Source of the DNA: a bacterium
GTDB taxonomy: Bacteria; Desulfobacterota; Desulfocorpusculales; Desulfocorpusculum
Assembly (NCBI GenBank): GCA_037481695.1
Contig: JBBFLE010000020.1
Coordinates: forward strand, 1,721 to 65,720
Length of the DNA: 64,000 nt
Direction: 5' to 3'
The translations under genes were made by a program, and so were the position numbers. The notes beneath the pieces were generated by a model that worked only from the letters and a program-made list of their open reading frames with translations, ran no database searches and was not told the origin of the DNA. Of this stretch, positions 56,120-63,811 are shown one piece after another (positions within the stretch are counted from its first letter, which is position 1; each line of letters starts with the position of its first letter).

Positions 56120-56938
56120 ATGAAGCTCACTGATTCCCACATGGAAGGGACGGATCATCAAAGTGGAGGGTTTTTCCGTGAGCTGAGGATAGAATTCCTC
56201 ATACATGAATTAAAGGATCCTCTGGCAGTCATAGAAACAGGGCTCAGAATGCTCCTGGAAAAGCAGGAAAGTTACGGAGGGCTTTCCCGAAAACAGGAAA
56301 GAACGTTACAAAGAAGCCTCAGAGCAGCGCGAAAGGCCAGGGCCATGCTCCATGGCCTTCTGGAGGTGGGCCGATCAGAGGCAGGTTGTTTCTCCTGCGA
56401 GAGATTCCCGGTTTCCCGCACCATCCAGGGTGTTATCCTGGAGGCAGTGGAAAGCATGGACGCAGCGGCTCAGGAGGAGTTGTCCGAGGGTGAAATATCC
56501 CCCAAGGTGCTGGCCAAATGTGGGGTGAAACTGGATGTGGATCCAGCCTTGGAGGAAACATTCATGTGCCAGGACCAGGCCAAGTTTTGTCAGATAGTGG
56601 GCAACCTGGTCAAAAATGCGCTTCACCACCGCCAAAGCAAGGTGGAGGTGCGCGTGAGCAGACAGGACCAGCTCCTGGAGGTGGAGGTGGCCGATGACGG
56701 CCCCGGAATACATCCGGAGCACCAGGATCTGATATTCAAGAGGTACGCTCAGTTGGAGGCACCCCAAGGTTTGGCCCGCCGTGGCCACGGACTGGGACTG
56801 GCCGGAGCCAAGATCTTGGCTCAAGCTCTTGGAGGGAGCCTGGAGGTGAAGAGCCAGAAGGGAAAGGGCGCTGTTTTCAGACTCTTGGTTCCTCTGAACA
56901 TGGAGGAGCTGGAGATCAAGGGTTCCAGGGAAGGTTGA
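56120..56938 (+). CDS. Histidine kinase core protein (HisKA and HATPase, no obvious sensor domain)
   Basis: H-box IHELKDPLAVIE, HATPase ADDGPGI and GHGLGLAGAK. Start ATG 56120 (RBS AAGGAG), 8 nt after the previous stop. Confidence 0.85.
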   Translation: MKLTDSHMEGTDHQSGGFFRELRIEFLIHELKDPLAVIETGLRMLLEKQESYGGLSRKQERTLQRSLRAARKARAMLHGLLEVGRSEAGCFSCERFPVSRTIQGVILEAVESMDAAAQEELSEGEISPKVLAKCGVKLDVDPALEETFMCQDQAKFCQIVGNLVKNALHHRQSKVEVRVSRQDQLLEVEVADDGPGIHPEHQDLIFKRYAQLEAPQGLARRGHGLGLAGAKILAQALGGSLEVKSQKGKGAVFRLLVPLNMEELEIKGSREG

Positions 56939-56962
56939 AAAAATAGACCACGGAGGCGGGAA

Positions 56963-57517
56963 ATGGCTGGTAAATCATACCTGAAAGGCAAGAGGATCTT
57001 GGCTGTGGACGATGAGGAGGACGTGCTTGAGACCATAGAAGATGTTCTTGATGAGAGCCTGGTAGAAAGGGCAAAGGATTATGAGACCGCATCTCGGAAA
57101 ATAAAGGGCGGAGGATATGATCTGGTCATACTGGACATAATGGGGGTGGACGGTTTGAAGCTCCTGGAGGAAGCCGTGGAAAAGGGGATCCCGGCCGTGA
57201 TGTTAACGGCCCATGCCATAAACCCAGAGGCACTCATGGCCTCTATCCGCAAAGGAGCTATTTCCTATCTTCCCAAGGAAAAGCTGGCTGATCTAGACTC
57301 CATGCTCAACGAGCTCTTGGCTGCCAACCAAAGGGGAGAGCCAACCTGGAAGCTTCTGTTCGAGAAGCTGGGGGAGTACTTTGACGAGAGATTCGGCCCG
57401 GGTTGGAAAGAAAAGGACAAGGAATTCTGGAGTGAGTTCAGCAGAACATACCAGGTGGGAAAGGGTATCCGGGAGAGGCTCTTGCATGACAAGAGCATAA
57501 AAGACAAGGGGATCTAG
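56963..57517 (+). CDS. Response regulator: receiver domain plus an uncharacterised ~60-aa C-terminal domain
   Basis: REC motifs ILAVDDEED, LVILDIMGVDG, MLTAH and PKE. The C-terminal EPTWKLLFEKLGEYFDERFGPGWKEKDKEFW segment is not a recognisable output domain. Confidence 0.85.
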   Translation: MAGKSYLKGKRILAVDDEEDVLETIEDVLDESLVERAKDYETASRKIKGGGYDLVILDIMGVDGLKLLEEAVEKGIPAVMLTAHAINPEALMASIRKGAISYLPKEKLADLDSMLNELLAANQRGEPTWKLLFEKLGEYFDERFGPGWKEKDKEFWSEFSRTYQVGKGIRERLLHDKSIKDKGI

Positions 57518-57519
57518 CT

Positions 57520-57556
57520 CGCATCATTTAACTGTAAATGATGCGGACCAAATTTT
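57520..57556 (+). terminator. Rho-independent terminator after the response-regulator gene
   Basis: Perfect 11-bp stem CGCATCATTTA / TAAATGATGCG with loop ACTG (57520-57545). Followed by GACCAAATTTTGTT, 3 nt after the TAG stop. Confidence 0.75.
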
Positions 57557-57638
57557 GTTCCAGGTGTTCCAAGCGCTTTAGGGCTCAGGACTAAAGGTAC
57601 CCTTTTTAGGGAGGCACGACTCTGCTTAGGGTCAAAAG

Positions 57639-58136
57639 CTACAGATCCTCCAATATGAAAGTCACCTGACAATTAACAGACTCCCCTTGCTCCCAGGGCC
57701 ACACCTCCAAATACAGGTTCCCCCAAGGTGTTGGGATCAGGCCTGTGAGAATCACATCATTGGCCCTGAGATCTGCTGTGGAATCCATTGGGGCGCAGCG
57801 CCCCTCAAAAACAACCATACCTCCCAAAGCTTCCATGCATCTCTTGAGGTGTCTTCGGATGCCAACCACGCTAGGACGAGGCGCCCCTTCCAGTAAAACA
57901 TATGACTCCCTGCGCAGCCAACCCTTGGGCTGGAAGAGGCCCTCCTGGGAGCACATGATGTAATCTGTGTTCTTGCTCTGGCTCACCTCGGCCAGGAAGA
58001 AGTCCCCAGGGGGCCTCAAGCACCCACCTTGGGGCTCACCCATGAGTCCTAAACACAAAGACCCTCCAAGACAGAAATACCCTGCAGTAAGAAAAACGAT
58101 GACCAAGGTAATCTTTCTCATGGGTATTTTCTTCAA
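57639..58136 (-). CDS. Hypothetical secreted protein or lipoprotein, Cys-rich
   Basis: 165 aa. Signal-like N-terminus (MRKITLVIVFLTAGYFCLGGSLC). No recognised domain. Confidence 0.55.
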   Translation of the reverse strand: MKKIPMRKITLVIVFLTAGYFCLGGSLCLGLMGEPQGGCLRPPGDFFLAEVSQSKNTDYIMCSQEGLFQPKGWLRRESYVLLEGAPRPSVVGIRRHLKRCMEALGGMVVFEGRCAPMDSTADLRANDVILTGLIPTPWGNLYLEVWPWEQGESVNCQVTFILEDL

Positions 58137-58155
58137 CTGAGCCTTTGGCTCCTCT

Positions 58156-58485
58156 TCATTGTTTTTTGGCTGCCGATCGTCTCCTTATCTTCAAATAGAT
58201 CCAGGTTCCTGAAAGGGCCATCCAAAGTGTAGCCACACCCAGAGCCAATCTGTAAACGGCCCCAAGCCCGCCACCTCCATGATGAAGAAATCCTAGAGGA
58301 TCAGCGTTGGTTTGAGCCGTAGATTCCACCACAGTCCCCATCCCATGCTCCGTGTGAGCCCAACCTCCAGAGATGGGCAAACCCTCCAGGCTTAGCAGGA
58401 TACCACTTCCGGCCTGCAAAAACAAAAAAAGAGCCAAACCTATTCCCACGCGACGATGCCACTTGCGAAGCTCTATTTCCTTCAC
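58156..58485 (-). CDS. Small two-TM membrane protein (PepSY-associated TM helix-like)
   Basis: GTG start with RBS GGAGG at 6-nt spacing. LRKWHRRVGIGLALFLFLQAGSGILL and a second helix ALGVATLWMALSGTWIYL. Confidence 0.55.
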   Translation of the reverse strand: MKEIELRKWHRRVGIGLALFLFLQAGSGILLSLEGLPISGGWAHTEHGMGTVVESTAQTNADPLGFLHHGGGGLGAVYRLALGVATLWMALSGTWIYLKIRRRSAAKKQ

Positions 58486-58642
58486 TTGTCACCTCCCATT
58501 GGAAGAATACTTTTGTGATGGCTACGACACCATCTTATCCCTTGACAGAGCTCATGGGGAGTCATGGCCTGGCCCCATTGAGCTTCCACCTTAGAAGAGC
58601 TTCCCCATGAAAGGGGCAAGGGCTTGGAACCTCAAGGGTTTC

Positions 58643-58671
58643 TTGACAGAACCCCATGGGGCTTCTATATT
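58643..58671 (+). promoter_or_regulatory. Near-consensus sigma-70 promoter for dctQM (system 2)
   Basis: -35 TTGACA (58643-58648), exactly 17-nt spacer, -10 TATATT (58666-58671). The spacer contains the palindrome CCCCATGGGG. Confidence 0.7.
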
Positions 58672-58770
58672 GAAACGTCTCTGTCAAGATACCTACCCTA
58701 CTGGTGGGTGGTTTCTTGGGGAAGCCCCAAGCAAACCAAGTTTGTGGCAATCTGTGCCGGGAGGTGAGAG

Positions 58771-59310
58771 GTGAGGGGGGCAAGAAGCCTGGTAAATATA
58801 ATAGACGCACTCAACCTGAAGGTGGGCACAACCATATCATGGCTGAGCTTCAGCCTGGTGATGCTGGTGGTCTTTGATGTGATAATGAGGTATCTGTTCA
58901 AGAAGAGCTTTGTGGCTGTACAGGAGACGGAGTGGCATATCTTCGCTGTGTATTTTCTCATTGGTGGAGGGTACACGCTTCTTAAGGATTCCCATGTGCG
59001 GGTAGACATTTTCTACCAAAAGATGTCAGCCAGGCTGAAGGCCTGGATCGACCTTCTGGGGGTTCTTTTTTTTCTTCTGCCCGGCTGCTATCTGGTGATC
59101 AAGACTTCTTCCAAATTCGCCTGGACATCATGGATGGTGCGGGAGGCTTCGGCTGATCCAGGAGGGCTTCCCGGTAGATACCTGCTCAAGGCAGTTGTGG
59201 CCGTGGCCTTTGTGCTCATAGCCCTGCAAGGGGTATCCATGGGACTCAAAAACCTGCTGCTGCTTTTGGGAGGGCCCTTGCCAGAGACCCAGAACAAAGG
59301 AGGCCACTAA
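58771..59310 (+). CDS. dctQ: TRAP transporter small permease (COG4665-type DctQ), system 2
   Basis: GTG start with RBS GGAGG at 6-nt spacing. 179 aa, four TM helices, VIMRYLF motif. Confidence 0.85.
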   Translation: MRGARSLVNIIDALNLKVGTTISWLSFSLVMLVVFDVIMRYLFKKSFVAVQETEWHIFAVYFLIGGGYTLLKDSHVRVDIFYQKMSARLKAWIDLLGVLFFLLPGCYLVIKTSSKFAWTSWMVREASADPGGLPGRYLLKAVVAVAFVLIALQGVSMGLKNLLLLLGGPLPETQNKGGH

Positions 59311-60632
59311 TGCACGACGCCCTTCCAGGCATAATGTTCTTGGTTTTGACCCTTCTTCTGATGGTGGGCTTCCCTGTGGCCTTCACCCTCTTGGGAACTG
59401 CTCTTTGCTTTGGATTGATAGGATTCGGCTGGGAGTTCTTCAATCTGCTTCCTCTTCGCATCTGGGGAGTCATGACCAATTTCACCCTCATAGCAGTGCC
59501 TCTTTTTGTTTTCATGGGAGTGATGCTGGAGCGCTCCGGAATAGCAGAGGAACTGCTGGAGACCATGGCCGTGCTCTTCGGCAGAATCCGTGGAGGGCTG
59601 GCCACATCCGTGGTGATAGTGGGTGCCCTGCTGGGAGCCTCCACTGGGATCGTGGGTGCCACAGTGGTGACCATGGGGCTTTTGTCCCTGCCCACCATGC
59701 TGCGGCACAACTATAAGCACGAGCTGGCCACAGGCACCATAGCGGCCTCGGGTACACTGGGTCAGATAATTCCCCCCAGCATAGTGCTAGTTCTCCTGGG
59801 AGACATCATAGGTGTCTCAGTGGGGGATCTCTTCATAGGAGCTGTTCTGCCAGGGTTTCTATTGGTCATTCTATACATAGCTTTCATATCGGTCATGGTC
59901 AGGTTCAAACCTTCCTGGGCCCCCCTGATACCCAAGGAAAAGTGGAAGCAGATGATGGGGGCTGGCTTTGGCCGCAGGTTGGCAAGGGCTCTGGCAGCCC
60001 CCTTGCTTCTCATGATAGCGGTCCTGGGATCCATCTTTGCTGGCATTGCCACCCCCACCGAAGCTGCGGGGGTGGGAGCTGCCGGGGCCACCCTGATGGC
60101 CATATCCAATAGAAGATTTAACCTGGACGTACTGAAACAGGTCATGGAGACCACCACACGGCTTACCAGCATGGTCTTCATCATCCTGGTGGGGGCCAGC
60201 GCTTTTGGGCTTGTTTTCCGCGGCCTGGACGGGGACCGCGTGGTAAGGGAGTTCATCCAACAAATCCCCTATGGGAAATGGGGAGTTCTGGCCATTGTCA
60301 TGGGCCTAATATTCATAATAGGTTTTTTCCTGGATTTCATAGAAATAACCTTCATTCATATACCGGTCTTGGCCCCAATCATGAAACATCTGGGGTTCGA
60401 CCCTCTTTGGTTCGGAATACTCTTCGCCGTTAACCTCCAGACCTCCTTTCTAACACCGCCCTTTGGTTTTGCCTTGTTTTATCTAAAAGGGGTCTGTCCG
60501 CCCCAGATTTCCACCGGACATATCTACAGGGGGATCATCCCTTTTGTAGTTCTGCAGCTGATAGGACTAATGATTGTGGTCTTTTTCCCGGAAATTGCTA
60601 CCTGGCTTCCGAGGGTGGTCTTTAAGTCGTAG
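59310..60632 (+). CDS. dctM: TRAP transporter large permease (COG4664-type DctM), system 2
   Basis: 440-aa polytopic protein. Its start overlaps the dctQ stop by 1 nt (TAATG). Confidence 0.9.
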   Translation: MHDALPGIMFLVLTLLLMVGFPVAFTLLGTALCFGLIGFGWEFFNLLPLRIWGVMTNFTLIAVPLFVFMGVMLERSGIAEELLETMAVLFGRIRGGLATSVVIVGALLGASTGIVGATVVTMGLLSLPTMLRHNYKHELATGTIAASGTLGQIIPPSIVLVLLGDIIGVSVGDLFIGAVLPGFLLVILYIAFISVMVRFKPSWAPLIPKEKWKQMMGAGFGRRLARALAAPLLLMIAVLGSIFAGIATPTEAAGVGAAGATLMAISNRRFNLDVLKQVMETTTRLTSMVFIILVGASAFGLVFRGLDGDRVVREFIQQIPYGKWGVLAIVMGLIFIIGFFLDFIEITFIHIPVLAPIMKHLGFDPLWFGILFAVNLQTSFLTPPFGFALFYLKGVCPPQISTGHIYRGIIPFVVLQLIGLMIVVFFPEIATWLPRVVFKS

Positions 60633-60648
60633 ACGCAACAGTAAAGCA

Positions 60649-60689
60649 GGGCACGGGCTCAGCGAGATTCACGCTGATGGCCCGTGCCC
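60649..60689. terminator. Long hairpin between convergent dctM2 and dctP2 (bidirectional terminator candidate)
   Basis: GGGCACGGGC-TCAGCG-agattca-CGCTGA-tg-GCCCGTGCCC: perfect 10-bp outer stem plus a 6-bp inner stem. Confidence 0.6.
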
Positions 60690-60705
60690 TTACAGATTTC
60701 CGAGC

Positions 60706-61797
60706 CTAGATACCGGCAATCAAGTTGTGGTAAGTCCTCTCTGCCACCTCAGACCATTCGCCGTAACTCTTCTGAAAGGCTTTAAAAGCCTCATGCACCT
60801 TCTTGGCCTGGGGGTCCTTGGAGGCTTCCTCTTCCAGAGCCTCGGCCGCCAGTTTTTTCAAGGCCTTCATCACTGGTTCAGGAAAGCGGATCACCTCCAC
60901 CTTGTGCTTCTTAACCAGTTCCTCCAAGGCCGCACCATTTTGAGCTTCGAACTCGCTCAGGGTCCACACGGTGCTATCCGCACAAGCCGCATCCAAGATC
61001 GCTTTCAAATCCGCTGGGAGGGACTCATAAGCTTTCTTGTTGAAGATATACTCCAAGACGCTCCCAGGTTCGTGCCAGCCAGGGTAATAATAATATTTGG
61101 CTGCCTGATGAAAACCCATGCGCATGTCGTGGGCAGGGCCCACCCACTCGGTACCGTCAATGGCTCCCCTCTCCAAAGAAGTGTAGATTTCCCCTCCTGC
61201 CAGAAGCACAACGGTGGCCCCTGCCTTTGCTATTACCTTACCTCCAAGACCTGGGATCCTAAACTTGAGCCCCTTGTAATCCTCTATGGTCTCTATCTTC
61301 TTCTTGAACCACCCTCCCATTTGCACCCCTGTACTGCCTCCCAGCCTTGGGATCACGTTAAAGGGAGCATAGGTCTCCTCCCAAAGCTTCTGGCCTCCCC
61401 CGGAGACTATCCAGGTATACATGCCCTGGGCATTCAAACCAAAGGGCACAGCGCAGAACCACTGGGAGGCCGGCGTCTTGCCCGCCCAGTAGTAGGCGGC
61501 GCTGCTTCCCATCTCCACTGTGCCCTGGGATACAGCGTCAAAGGTGTTTAGAGGAGGCACCAGCTCCCCACCCGCATACACTGTGATCTTGAACCTCCCT
61601 GCGCTTAACTCCTCCACCTTCTTGGCAAACCTATCAGCTCCTGTCTGCAGAATAGGCAGTCCAGGCGGCCAGGTAGTGACCATCTTCCACTGAATGGCCT
61701 TTCCCTGAGCCCATATGGTGGGGGCCCCGATGCTGGCCACACTGGTGGCCGCAGCCCCTCCCACAGCTGCCTTCTTGAGAAATTCCCTTCGCTTCAT
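60706..61797 (-). CDS. dctP: TRAP transporter substrate-binding protein (COG4663-type DctP) with a Tat signal, system 2
   Basis: Start refined to ATG 61797. Twin-arginine signal MKRREFLKKAAVGGAAATSVASIGAPTIWA. 363 aa. Confidence 0.9.
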   Translation of the reverse strand: MKRREFLKKAAVGGAAATSVASIGAPTIWAQGKAIQWKMVTTWPPGLPILQTGADRFAKKVEELSAGRFKITVYAGGELVPPLNTFDAVSQGTVEMGSSAAYYWAGKTPASQWFCAVPFGLNAQGMYTWIVSGGGQKLWEETYAPFNVIPRLGGSTGVQMGGWFKKKIETIEDYKGLKFRIPGLGGKVIAKAGATVVLLAGGEIYTSLERGAIDGTEWVGPAHDMRMGFHQAAKYYYYPGWHEPGSVLEYIFNKKAYESLPADLKAILDAACADSTVWTLSEFEAQNGAALEELVKKHKVEVIRFPEPVMKALKKLAAEALEEEASKDPQAKKVHEAFKAFQKSYGEWSEVAERTYHNLIAGI

Positions 61798-61830
61798 AGA
61801 CACCTCCCTTTGGCCTGATATGGTTTTGCC

Positions 61831-61880
61831 AATAAAGATCAAAAGGCTGCACTTGTCAAGCTGTTGAGATTGACTTGAAG
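61831..61880 (-). promoter_or_regulatory. Sigma-70-type promoter for dctP (system 2) embedded in the same bipartite motif as at 53621-53646
   Basis: Minus strand: CTTCAAGTCAA-tctcaac-AGCTTGACAAG. -35 TTGACA (61859-61854), 17-nt spacer, -10 TTTATT (61836-61831). Confidence 0.55.
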
Positions 61881-61952
61881 GAAAATACCAATTGAGGCTA
61901 CCATGCCTCAACTTGGGTGGAGGAATCTAGATGTGCCTGGAGGCTGAGGGAA

Positions 61953-62474
61953 ATGGAAAAAGGGCTGGTGATCGTTCTGACCGGTGAGGGCAAGGGTAAG
62001 ACCACATCGGCCTTGGGCATGGCTCTGAGGGCCGCTGGCCAGGGCTTGAAGGTGCTTTTGCTCCAATTTGTCAAGGGAGGGAATCTCTATGGGGAGCACA
62101 AGGCATTGGAGAGAATCCAGCACATAGAGGTGCGCTCGCTGGGCCTGGGAATGCTCCTAGACAGCCCCCACAGCTGGGAAGAACATCGAGAAAAGGCCCG
62201 GCTTGGGTTGCAAGAAGCCCGCAATGAAATGCTTTCGGGAAAATGGAACATGCTCATTTTGGACGAGGTTCTCTTTGCACTTGAGGCAGGCCTTCTGGAA
62301 GAAAAGCAGGTGCTGGAGCTTATCAGAGACAAGCCTGGTGAGCTCCACCTGGTCCTGACTGGCAGGGGAGCCACCCCCGCCATTATAGAGATCTCCGACA
62401 CCGTGACCGAGATGGTCTCTCCAAAGCATCATCACCAGGTGCGTGAATCCCCGCTCAAGGGCATGGATTTTTGA
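61953..62474 (+). CDS. cobO: Cob(I)yrinic acid a,c-diamide / corrinoid adenosyltransferase (CobO/CobA type)
   Basis: P-loop TGEGKGKTTSALG, LLQFVKG, LDE motif. Start set to ATG 61953 (MEKGLVIVLTG). Confidence 0.85.
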   Translation: MEKGLVIVLTGEGKGKTTSALGMALRAAGQGLKVLLLQFVKGGNLYGEHKALERIQHIEVRSLGLGMLLDSPHSWEEHREKARLGLQEARNEMLSGKWNMLILDEVLFALEAGLLEEKQVLELIRDKPGELHLVLTGRGATPAIIEISDTVTEMVSPKHHHQVRESPLKGMDF

Positions 62475-62483
62475 TTCGCCTTC

Positions 62484-62512
62484 TTGACTGGTCTTTGGGG
62501 AGAATTTAAAAT
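62484..62512 (+). promoter_or_regulatory. Sigma-70 promoter upstream of the V4R genes
   Basis: -35 TTGACT (62484-62489), 17-nt spacer, -10 TAAAAT (62507-62512). Predicts a leader of about 155 nt before ATG 62675. Confidence 0.55.
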
Positions 62513-62674
62513 CCAAGGTATCCGTGGAAAAAACTTAGTGACTGGTACTCTTTTTCCCCGTTGAAGCTGCACCTGAAACCGCTCTTGCTGCAGTACAGGC
62601 CTGGTGCGGTGTGTTAACCGGCTCAAGACTGCCATTTGGGCTTCGCAGGGTTTCTTGCATATTGGAGGTCCAGG

Positions 62675-63196
62675 ATGCCCCTTGATTGGCGTGCAGCACT
62701 TACGCGGGACGGGCATCGGGTAGTTTTGTCTGGCTTGCCCATAGCCATGCATTGTCACCACTACAGCATAAACCTCCAGAAAATGCTTGAAGAAACCCTG
62801 GGCAGCCAAGGGGTGGAACTGCTTTTCAGATCGGCCGAAGAGGCCAGCTTCCTTGGGTTTAGATCCATTTTGAGGCAATACCCCAAGATAAGAACCATTC
62901 AATCCAAACTGGAGCTGGCCTCCACCATATACCAGAACTGCGGAATGGGAATCATCCACTTCCAACAGATAGGACCCAAGGGGGGTGTGATCGAGAGCCC
63001 TTCCACCCATCATGTGACAGGATGGTTGGCCAAGCATGGGGGTCGTCTGACTCCAGGATGCCATTTCTCCCGTGGATGGATAGCCGGGGTCCTCGAAACC
63101 ATCTATGGCAAATCCCCAGGCTTTTACCTGGTTAAGGAGCTGGCTTGCAAGATGACCCGTGAACCCAAGTGTGTCTTTGAGGTGAGGGAGGCCTAG
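62675..63196 (+). CDS. V4R (4-vinyl reductase) domain protein 1
   Basis: Start refined to ATG 62675 (RBS GGAGG, 6-nt spacing). C-terminal V4R signature CHFSRGWIAGVLETIYG...ELACKMTREPKCVFEV. Confidence 0.75.
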   Translation: MPLDWRAALTRDGHRVVLSGLPIAMHCHHYSINLQKMLEETLGSQGVELLFRSAEEASFLGFRSILRQYPKIRTIQSKLELASTIYQNCGMGIIHFQQIGPKGGVIESPSTHHVTGWLAKHGGRLTPGCHFSRGWIAGVLETIYGKSPGFYLVKELACKMTREPKCVFEVREA

Positions 63197-63811
63197 ATGG
63201 CCATAGACGGGCACAAGATAGTCCAAGCAGTGATGGAAGGAAGCAGAATAAGGGATGCCAAGGGAATAATCCCCATCTTCGGAGTCTATCTTTGCCTTTT
63301 CTTTGTACAGTACTACAACCGTCTTTCCTTCGAGTTCGAAAAGAAAATGGGTCGGGCCCGTAGAGAGGAATCCGCACGGCTTCTCATAGAGGCGGCTCAA
63401 GAATGCGGCTATGCTACTTTCCAAGGGATACGCAATTCCTGGGAGTGGGGAGAGATCGTGCAGCCCATGATAGAAAAGAAGGAAGACCAAATAATGGGTT
63501 TCACGGCAGTGGCTGTGGCCTTTGGTTGGGGAGACCTGGAAGTAAAGGAGCTGGTGCCAGAGCAAAAGCTGGTGATCCGGGTCAATGATTCTTACGAGGC
63601 CTCGGGCTACCTGCAAGAGTACGGTCAGGCCGATTCAGGAAAATGTTACATGCTAAGAGGGGTGACTGCCGCTTTCATGGATCTTCTTTACGGAGACCAA
63701 TATCCAGAAGGGTGTTTTTCTTTCTTGGCAGAGGAATCCTTCTGCAGGGCCAAGGGAGATCCTTACTGTGAGTTCATTGCGAGAAAAAACCCTGGACTTG
63801 GTCCTCCATAA
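63197..63811 (+). CDS. V4R (4-vinyl reductase) domain protein 2
   Basis: ATG directly follows the TAG of the previous gene (RBS GGGAGG). V4R signature CYMLRGVTAAFMDLLYG...ESFCRAKGDPYCEF. Confidence 0.75.
   Translation: MAIDGHKIVQAVMEGSRIRDAKGIIPIFGVYLCLFFVQYYNRLSFEFEKKMGRARREESARLLIEAAQECGYATFQGIRNSWEWGEIVQPMIEKKEDQIMGFTAVAVAFGWGDLEVKELVPEQKLVIRVNDSYEASGYLQEYGQADSGKCYMLRGVTAAFMDLLYGDQYPEGCFSFLAEESFCRAKGDPYCEFIARKNPGLGPP

Noticed and set aside
60574-61551. 325-aa plus-strand ORF
   Set aside because: It is entirely antisense to the well-supported Tat-dependent DctP gene and has low-complexity, motif-free sequence. Shadow ORF.
62519-62674. Cobalamin riboswitch in the ~155-nt leader between cobO and the first V4R gene
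   Set aside because: No B12-box-like core (such as GCCACTG) and none of the conserved cobalamin riboswitch junction sequences are visible. Only a covariance-model scan could overturn this.
62432-63616. 394-aa ORF on the minus strand spanning the end of cobO and both V4R genes
   Set aside because: It is antisense to two ORFs that have clear V4R signatures, good RBSs and start/stop coupling. It has no recognisable motif or RBS. Long shadow ORFs are common in this GC-rich, codon-biased sequence.
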